DNA of 64,000 bases. Origin: Tubiluchus corallicola. Taxonomy: Eukaryota > Animalia > Priapulida. The notes beneath the pieces are model-generated. The model was given only the letters and a program-made list of their open reading frames with translations. It was not told the origin of the DNA and did no database searches. The stretch is from assembly GCA_030141605.1 (NCBI GenBank), contig JAQGDQ010000255.1, forward strand, positions 57,746 to 121,745. Reading direction: 5' to 3'. Shown in pieces: positions 54,801 through 64,000 of this stretch. The stretch's first letter is position 1. The number at the start of each line of letters is the position of its first letter. Both the position numbers and the translations under genes were made by a program.

Positions 54801-57800
54801 TGTGGGAAATCAACGAAAATTTCTAGTCTACCTAGCCGTCTGATTGCCTGCTATCAATCGTTTAGATAGGCAAATTTATACACGTGTAATTGATCTGGGT
54901 TAAGTAGTGCGCTTCATTTACAGAATGCTAATCCAGTAAACAAGATTTAGTATTTAAAGATTAACAAAATTGTCGTTAACGGTGTCAAAAGATTATCATC
55001 GTTATTATCAAGCGAGGACTTACTGTACTCATTTCTGCTTTGAGGTAGCAGCAACAAGCTCATTATGTAAACTTTTAAGACTTTGAAATTAAAGTTGATA
55101 AAATCCTAGTATAATTGCCTGTAATGTAGAAAACCAGGATTAAAATCCTTTGCAAAGGAACAGAGTTTGCTAACTGGCAGTTATAAATCAAAAAATTTAA
55201 AGACAGAGTGAAGTTGACAGTGGGTGATGTCAATTTCTCTTAGCATAACAGAAGAAATAGTCAATAAGTGATTTATAAAATTTTGTACCGTACTTTCGAC
55301 ATAAGACTTTTGATAAAATATGAACTGCTATGAGAGTTATTGATGAATGGATGGCCAAGCGCATAACATATAATAAAAGTAATAATACAGCTGTGGCTCT
55401 CAAGCCATTCGTTAAAGCAATTACAACTTTCTTCTGAGTAAGTTCAAGTTTACTTCATAGTCTGTGTAATTCACAGTAGTCAAAAGTAGACAGTAGGCAT
55501 GAGCATTCTCTATCAGAAATCAAATTTAAATCCGAATCGAATTCGAATTGAGTTAGAAAGATTTTCGAACAAGTTTTGAAACTACTAGTAAAAAGTGGTC
55601 TTATAAAAACCATGCATGTTATTCAATTTTGTTCTGCAGTAAAACCACTATTAGTTTGTTAAAAATTTTGCACAGAACCTGCAGCTAAAGTGTGCTAATT
55701 GTATGCTGTTTCAAATATTTTAATGATAAAGAACATATGTGGCTGAAATGCCGAATTATTCGAATCTATAATTTTAGGTTCGAATCGAATTTGAACTAAA
55801 AAAACTCGTTCGAATTGAATTCGAAAGTTCAATGCCCACCCCTAGTAGACAGACACTACTACTTTACAGAGGATGTAAACAAGATAGACGTGGATGGTAA
55901 AATGAGTAGGAAATTAAATGCTACAAAATCTTAGAAAACGTGAGTAGCAAAACAGAGAAAAAACAGCTACTGAATTAAGCTCAGTTTTTTCATCCATATA
56001 AAACAATGCAATAAAAGAAGTAAAAATAATCCTGGCGGTTTTTTACACACCGTGGTGGTCTGTCCAGCCTTCAGGATTATGTTTCTGTGGAACTTGTAGG
56101 TGGTTTCTTTCTCTCCGGCCTTACGGTGGATGACCCAGTTTCCGATCGGGACGTCCTGCAAGAATAGATCAATTTAATTCACGAGCACTATCATTTCATA
56201 AAGATGATTCATTAAGTAACTCTAACGAAACAAAGTTTGAATTCCGTTTGCAGTTAATATTAATCTCAATTTTTTTATATTGTTTCTCAACTATCTTAAA
56301 CAAATGATGGCATTGATTACAGGAAGACAGGTTAGTACTACCACTCTTGGAAAATTGCTATTGCTGAATATAACATTGTGCTTTGTAGCTGGCAATCATT
56401 TACAAATATGCTCAGTCGAAAATGCAAACATTTTGGCAAGACCAGACATTCAAGACACTAGGATTTTCTTTGAATGTTTAAACTATTAGAAAATTTGATC
56501 ATTTTTAGTTCACGATTTAACTCAAGGATTTGTCAATGAAGAGAAGAAAAAAGTGGACTTGGCAGAATTTAAACTTTTTTTAATTTTTTCATGCAGTGAA
56601 AAATCACACTTACAAAGAGCTTTCTTCACCTTTGCTGTAGAACTACTTGCAAGCAGACACGTTTTATTCACATCTCCACACACCATCTGACCATATGCAG
56701 GGCTGTATGATGACCTTTTAGTGCCCTTAGGTTAATGAAATTATGGGACCTTATTCAGATGGTGCCACCTTGGCTTGAATAGTTTTACTTGTGAATATTT
56801 TAGAGACATTTACATAGCTTGAAGTAAACTCACTGCAAATTCTTTAAACTAGAATAGTTATCTTTTGTTTGTTAATAAAAATATTCTTTAAGAAATACCA
56901 CTATTTTACTGTTTGTTGCAAAATCAAATTAACACATATTTCAATGCAACTGCAGTAAAAAACAGATTTTGCACCAACCGTTATGAAAGCTTGAAGGCCC
57001 ACCAACTTTGAGGGGCCCTAGGCTGCAGCCCATACTAGCCCTATAGGATAATCCAGCCCTCCGTGACCGTACAACATAATCCACGCATCATTACATACAT
57101 CATTGTTTTATCAAGGCTTTGAACAGGATAGGATTTCAACAATTAATGTGGAGCCATAGAAAAACAAGTTTGTCAGAATGCAGCTGAAATTGTAACCTGC
57201 CAACAAAAATCATCACCTTGTCGGCTTTATTGTGCAACTTCACGAATTTCCCATCGTTGTCACACTCCTGGATCTCTACCTCACCGTGGGCAGTGCCGGA
57301 CGTTGTCATCTCCCATGAATCTTCCGAGGTGGCCTCTACACGTTTGCGCTTGCGCCCACCGCCTCGGCTGACACCCTGACTGCGGCTGGGAGACGGAGTA
57401 GCAGAGAGATTGAGCCTACAGTAAAAACAGTGGAATGAATGTGACTTGTAGAGCATGTAGAAAGTAATTAGTGTTTAATGGAGAATGTTCCTAGGAGCTA
57501 ATAATGGGACAATGTTAGCTTCTAAGAAGTTCCACAACAGGGTTAAATATTCCAAAATTTACAAAGCTAACAAGCTGTGAAATGATACTAAGCAGGCTAC
57601 ATAGTCTTACAATTTGTAAAATTAATGAAATCTTGTTAGAAAAGTTCAAAATCGACCAAGCATGTCATCAAATCATGTTGCCTCAACAAGGCAGTGCCTT
57701 AAATGCAAATGATAGTAAAAAAATTGTTTGTTTATTTTTTGATAACAGTCAATTTTGTTTTGTAAAATTGCTCCACAGTCGAAATCAATTGTTATCAAGT

Positions 57801-60800
57801 CAAGATCAAAGATCCAGTCAAGGCCGACTACAAAAAATTTTGTTTCTGCCTTACCTCATGAGCTCAAAAAATGTTGGTAGGAGGGAGGAAATTTTTTCAA
57901 TTTTTTTTAAAGCTTTGCAAATGTTTAAAGCAGAATCATCAGATATTTAAATTAAGCTCAATGTTTGTTTATTTCACACAGGTTAGCAGTAATGTTCTAA
58001 ATGTTTTCACACTTTGTTTTTGCCTTCGCTGAAACAACGACATTATAATAATTACTGTGTTTTACGTCTTAAATTTGAAAAAAACTTTTACATACTGAGC
58101 CAGGTACCTGGGTGATTAGACGGAAACAGAAGTACATTTTTGCCCTAACTTATAATCGTTAAGAAGCACAATTATCTTACCTAGCTTCCTCCCCTTCTAA
58201 CAGCTTGCGGTAAGCAGCTATCTCCATGTCCAAGGCGATTTTGATGTCCATGAGATCTTGATACTCCTGCAGGTTTTGTGCAATCTATTTTGCAAAAAAA
58301 TACATCACTTAATCATTTGAGGCTGACTCAAGCAGGGGTATTTTACAATAAAAAAAAAACCAATGCTTGCTTTCCATTTAAATAAAAAACTGTCCTAGTA
58401 AACTAATTTGGACCAAATCCTGATAAGTGACAACAAAAACTCTGTGTTTTCACTGAATCTGCCATTCAGCACGTCCATTTTAACAGTGTTTGCTTGCTGC
58501 ATAACTTTCCATTTTCATCTATATCAAAGTCTAAAAGTCTCTTGTCCCTCAGCTTAAGCCATTTAAGTCATTGTAATACCACCTTTCTCACTTTTAAAGA
58601 CAATTTTGGAAAACAATTACACTAAAATACAAAACTCAAAAACGAACGCAAATCATATTAACTAGTAGTGAGTATCGAACTTGCACCCTCTACATTACTA
58701 AATTACACTATAAACTTGAATCTACAAAAGAAGGAAAAAATAAAAAATTGGATACCTGTGCATACAATTTCTTAACCTCATCGTCACGTTTTTGAAGTTG
58801 TTCACGATGTTCTTCCCTTTCTCTATCCAGAGCTCGTTCCAGACCACGAATACGAGCTTCCAGAGCTGCTTTCTAAATAACAAAAAACAGCAACTAGTTG
58901 ATCAGGTTATCAAATAAGTATGGTACTAAATGAATTGAAATAAACACATGGGTTTATTTGCATTAGTATCACTACTATGAACCAATGTCATAAAATGATA
59001 CTCATAGTTATAAACACTTGTAATGTAAGGAGTTGAATAAAAAGGTATGGATAACTAAATGTTTTTTGGATATAAAACAGTATTATTAGTCATTCAGCTT
59101 TTAATCTTAATCTAGCATTCCCAAATTTTATTGGTTTAAATTCACATTGCCAATCGTTTGACATTTCTATGCCTTTGAAATTAACTGTTTGAATGTAACT
59201 GAATTTAACTAACTAACAGGAAAAACAAAACCGTGGATTCATATTACAAGCCATATTATAATTAAATGGACACTACCAGGCAGTGAGAGACGCTCATATT
59301 CAGAGGAAAAATTGTACAGAGTTTGGCAACAGGTTTTCACCAAATTTAACTTTTTAAAGACAGGAAATGACACTGACACAATAAAACGAATGTTTTACTC
59401 TTTAAATCAACAATATTACCGAGACTGAACAAATAAACTATACAGGTATGTAAAATAACTTCTAGTGCTATAATTTCAACTTAACCACTCTTAAGCTGAT
59501 TGTAATTATATGTATTGGGTTCTTGTTCTAGTTTAATTAACTAATGTTAAACCAAAAATGTAATTCTTGAACACAGGCAGCTTCCTTGCTGTATTTGTAC
59601 AATTTACAAATTGAAAACGAAAAATTGAAAGTTGAAATATTTGTAATTAAGTACTGGCTGTTCCACACTGTGTTACTGTAAATAAATCAAATTTAACTGT
59701 CTACTAATTACAATAATAATAGTTATAACTGTGTGGACATTATAAATAAATTCCAGTATATGGTAGTTTAATGTAGAATTTTCTTTAAAGATGTAATAAG
59801 TTAAATCATTTAACGACTTCTAGTCCACTGCCACTGCCAGTCATCAAACACTCACATGGTACAGCATCACAGAGAGCACGTTCCCCAGGGAGAGATCAGT
59901 CTAGCTCTGGTAAGCACAATAATTACAAACAATTTAAGTAGGACTGGACTCTATTGTCCGGTATGGCGTCCTATCTATTTATTGTTGTGTGTGGGGCATT
60001 TAAATGCGAACACTGTACAATTGAGGCTGCGAGTCAAAAACCTGATCCTTGTTTGACCAAAGCAATGTAGCTCTCATAGAAAATAAGATCGTCAAAAAGG
60101 TCTGGATGAGAGATACTACAAAAACTGTGAACCATGAAGAGTAGAAAGGGACATGAAAATGTTTCACGAGCTAATTTTTCATTATTCTATTGTGTATTAT
60201 AAAATAAAAATGCTGATTAGTCATCAATATAATAATATTGCATGTAGAACAAACAAAAAACAAAATTATAGTTAGTGATTAATCATACTTGTTATCTGCT
60301 TAATTTTAAAAAATATTCGCACAAATTTTAAACTAACAAACACTGTTAACACCCAAACAGTGCACATTATTTGCTTGAATTTACTTATAAAATAAATCAA
60401 AAGGAATGATTCGTCACCAAGTTTTAAATCCAAAAGAAACCGATAATTTAGTTAGTTTGCCTCTGTTTGAAAGAGTTGTACGCCCTCAAGCAATGATCCA
60501 ATGATTGTTAAGTGGGTATTTGGCCGGCCAACAAACTGTAGTAACCGAAGTGATAGTGCCATTTAGCCGGCAAGTTCAAATGCTGAAGAATGTTAAATCA
60601 TGTTTATCCATCGGGCGTAGCCTGCAGTAAAAGCATGGTAGTGATCACTCAACCCCGCACATTGCTAAACAGATGGTGCAACAACATGTAATAACGAACA
60701 AGGAATGGGAATTGATGATACAAGTAACTAGAACCCTTTATAACACATCTGACTACAGCAGTGAAAGGAAAAAATGAAAATATATCGAAGATATGCCCTT

Positions 60801-63800
60801 AAAAAACTTTAAAAAATGAACAAGCAAATAAAAAATTTTGTTCTTGTTAGAAATTTTTCATAAAAAGCAAATGCATTATGAACTTGCGGAACACACTTAA
60901 AGATCACAATTTAGGAAAAACACACAATTGAGGTTTAGGTAGAAATGTTACTCTAGTTGCACCTGGTTGAATTCGATTTTGAAGTGAATTTAAAATTTCA
61001 GCTAAAGCATGCTCCGAATAGCACTTATTTGGAGTGAAATTTTAAATAATAAATTGCAAAAGTGACACATGAAAAGGTAATATGATTTTACCAATAAAAA
61101 ATCTATAAGAAGAAACATAAGTAACTATAAATATTTGCTTTGGTGCAAATATCGGGAATATGCGATGAAAATGTTTACAATTACTTTAAAAACTTGCTAT
61201 ATCTTTTTTCCTAATGATAAATTTATTCATGTATTGAAATACAAGTGATTTACCCATATTGCTGTCACGCTATGCTATTTGTGAACTATTTATTGATGAC
61301 TCAATTAGAGATTCATTATTTTAAAACAGAATTATATTTCCTGTAAAGAGCCAAAGTTGACAAGCATTTGTTTTTGACTTAATCACAATTACATCACCGC
61401 TGTTACCCATGGGTTATGAGGTCCAACTGGCCCTGGTGCAGAACAATCAAGACATTATTTTGACGGCATTATACAAACAGCAGCACACATTAACAACAAC
61501 ATAACAAGAGCCAATTCATGCTATGTAATATGGCTACTATCTAGGCAACAAAATGTTGTACAAACATAAAATGTTGCACAAATATGTTGCTGTTGCTCTA
61601 TGTCACGATTGGGAGCACCTAAGTAAGATCTTGATTGTAGAGGCACAAGAAAAGTTGAGACTAACTGCAGCGCAAATTCCAGGCAGCAAAGCATGCCAAA
61701 TGATCATCGATTGCATGCCTTTCTGCAGACAATTCAACTGCACTGGTATTGAATTTTTCAATAATTTTCAACAAGTATGGAGCCTTCACATTGCAGATGT
61801 TTCTAACAGATTTTATAAAAATTCCAACTCCACGTTTTTAAACTCTTTGAATACCAATGAGACAGGAAAAAACACATATATACGTGCATAACAAGAATAC
61901 TCAAAGAATTATTAGAAAAAGTAAAAATACACAAAATTGACATCTATTCAAAATTAGAATTTCCAATCCCAAGACATTTCGTAATCCTGCTTAGTTTGGG
62001 AACATGTAATACTACATAGGGATCCCTAGATTCAGTTGATTTGATTTTGTCTCCAAGAAAAAATTGCAATATAGTTTATTCTCATGGCAGTTTGAACTCA
62101 CTTAATTAAAAACTCTTCATAATTAAACACGGAGTAAAATAACCCAAGTTTTATTGCTAAATTTTTTGTTTTGTCTAAAACAGTAAGTCATTTCCATTTT
62201 GCAATTCTACATGTATAATTTTCTAAGCAACACGCATAATCTTATAGCAAAATAACATGATACAAACATGTGTTTCCACACGTAAAAGATTGTACATGTT
62301 GCTTTGAAATTGGTGACTAAACTTCACAAAATTCGTAACTAAACTAATTATCATTTACAGCAAACGAGAAAAAAATGTGAAAGACCTAAATTTTTGTTAG
62401 TTCATCTACAATATATTAGAGCTTTATGAACTCTAAATAATAAAAGCATCAATCCCAAAAATCTCGAAACACCAGAGATCGAGGTTTCCCATCCCGATCA
62501 CCAATCCCATCAAAAAAGAGTGCAGGACGCTAAATTTTCGGTATTACAATTTCGGGATTAATAACGCTATTCAAAATGGAAATAATAAAAATTCTAGGGA
62601 TAAATTTGGTAGATAAAGACAAACACATTACTCGGCACACAGAACAAAAACTCATTCACAACAACTGACCTCGCTGTCGAAGTTCTCACAACGAGCACGA
62701 AGATTGTCGAATTCCGAGCGCATGGCCTTCATTTCACTTCGTGCTTCATAGGCGGCCTTGCTGTCTCTGTCAGCGACAGTTTTCAGATCTGCTAGCTGTA
62801 AAAAAGTTTGAATATATGCGTCACTCGAAACTTAAAACAAACCTAGAATTATTGTAATTCTTATAATACCGAGATTAAAATAACAGAAAACTAGTGCTGC
62901 AAGCAAGCTACAGCATATGCCTCTCCAAGAGCATAAAACGAGAGTACGAAAACATACTTGCAACTAAACCCTGCCAAATGCACCAAATCCATTCTCATCC
63001 ATCTCCTCCGTGAAGAATGATTTCATTCTTTAATTCATTTTCAATTATTCCAAAATTATATGCACATGCAAGTGGTACGCAATTTTGCATTAAACTTTGT
63101 ATTACAAACTAAGTTTCATGAGGCGCTGAACAAAATCCATCATAGAAATAGCATCAACATCTGATCAGGCTGATTTTAAATCTTTTACTACTTTACAGTT
63201 AGAAAGGAAAGTTGAGAAACTAGAGTATACCAACACAACACTCCTTTTCCAAATTAAGAGAGTACAATTAGAATTTGCAACATTACAACCTCTAAGTCAG
63301 TACTCGACATGCTTCCATCCTAATAATGATTATTTCATTTTCAACAGCTCAGTATTATGTAACCATAAGTGGTATATAATTTGGTAGTAAATTTTGGATG
63401 ACCGCTTAAATTTGATGAGACGTGTAACAAAGTCCATCATAACTTCATTTACCTGAAATTTTTTTAGCCTAAGGGGGGTCAAATTTGATCTGAATGCAAT
63501 GAGAGTTTGCAGATTACATGTTAGGTTGCATTGCTCACCTGTTAGTTTAAGAAAAAAAATACTGAACCACCCACACACTTCAAAATAAAATCAGTCAAAT
63601 CACACTTGAAATGCTAAATTATCGATATCCATACCTTGCTTTCGTACATTTGCTCAACTTCGTCACGAGCGAGAGCTATCTGCTCCTCATACTGATCCCT
63701 CAGTTCTCGCAGGGCGTCGGCGAGTCGGTGCTCGTACTCCTCGGTCAGACGAGTGTCCACCTCCTGAATTGCGACTTCCTTCTTTGTTCGGATTTCACTG

Positions 63801-63805
63801 ACTTC
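51864..63805 (-). CDS. Lam (lamin): B-type nuclear lamin, 3' part (5' exons lie beyond the window). Exons: 63805-63635, 62795-62670, 58872-58756, 58284-58181, 57415-57217, 56155-56051, 54018-53899, 53068-52988, 51905-51864
   Basis: Rod-end signature [41 protein letters not shown], Ig-fold ([35 protein letters not shown]), final exon [13 protein letters not shown]-stop (CaaX). All junctions are GT-AG and in phase. Confidence 0.95.
51978..52033 (+). repeat. 5S-derived SINE head, antisense within the last lamin intron
   Basis: GAAGTTAAGCAACATCAGAGTTGGTCAGTAAATGGATGGGTG, close to the invertebrate 5S box A-box C region. Confidence 0.65.
54088..55025 (-). mobile_element. Tigger/pogo internal-deletion derivative with transposase C-terminal remnant
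   Basis: TA|CAGTAAGTCCCGCTTAACG ... TCAAGCGAGGACTTACTG|TA. Minus strand near 54560-54410 reads (frameshifted) [32 protein letters not shown], like Tigger C-termini. Confidence 0.85.
55494..55844 (-). mobile_element. hAT MITE, copy 2, in a lamin intron
   Basis: Perfect 8-bp TSD GTAGACAG (55486-55493 and 55845-55852); reverse complement matches 20528-20889. Confidence 0.9.
56698..57061. mobile_element. Probable hAT-like MITE
   Basis: Imperfect TIRs CAGGGCTGTATGA...TAATCCAGCCCT and GC-rich GGGCCC subterminal motifs; no clear TSD. Confidence 0.5.
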
Positions 63806-64000
63806 CTGGGAAAAGTGACAAAATCTATTTAGCTAAGGTTCACTATGCATACAGTTAGAACTACAACAATCTATCTAATTATAAAACTACTATCGCAAAA
63901 CACCCAATGCTGTTACATCGAATTGTAAGGTAAAGTATGGCAGTTTCACACACTTCAGTCATTTATTTTTGATAGTCTTGTTACTTTTTGCTACCATGTT

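Noticed and set aside
59820-60075. GC-richer intronic patch and ORF 59856-60056
   Set aside because: Probably a repeat remnant; no TSD, TIR or recognisable protein

Overview
AT-rich, intron-rich invertebrate animal DNA. Three main blocks. (1) A complete 29-coding-exon Mask/ANKHD1-ANKRD17 gene on + (ATG 16137, TGA 47433) with two ankyrin clusters, a Lys/Arg-rich coiled coil, a KH domain and a long P/S/T-rich tail. (2) A decayed tandem partial copy of that gene upstream (about 155-10162; exons 3 and 8-21, three large internal deletions, cut inside exon 21). After it come a spacer that seems to hold decayed minus-strand exons of a head-to-head gene and a young 2-kb 5'-truncated CR1/L2-group LINE. 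(3) The 3' part of a convergent B-type lamin gene on - (63805 to 51864, ending in CaaX CRLM). There are also hAT and Tigger/pogo MITEs with TSDs and scattered 5S rRNA-derived fragments. Main hypotheses: a tandem duplication that split a bidirectional gene pair, a PAM2-like motif in the Mask tail, and a cassette micro-exon in the lamin tail. All alignments were done by eye; no searches were run.
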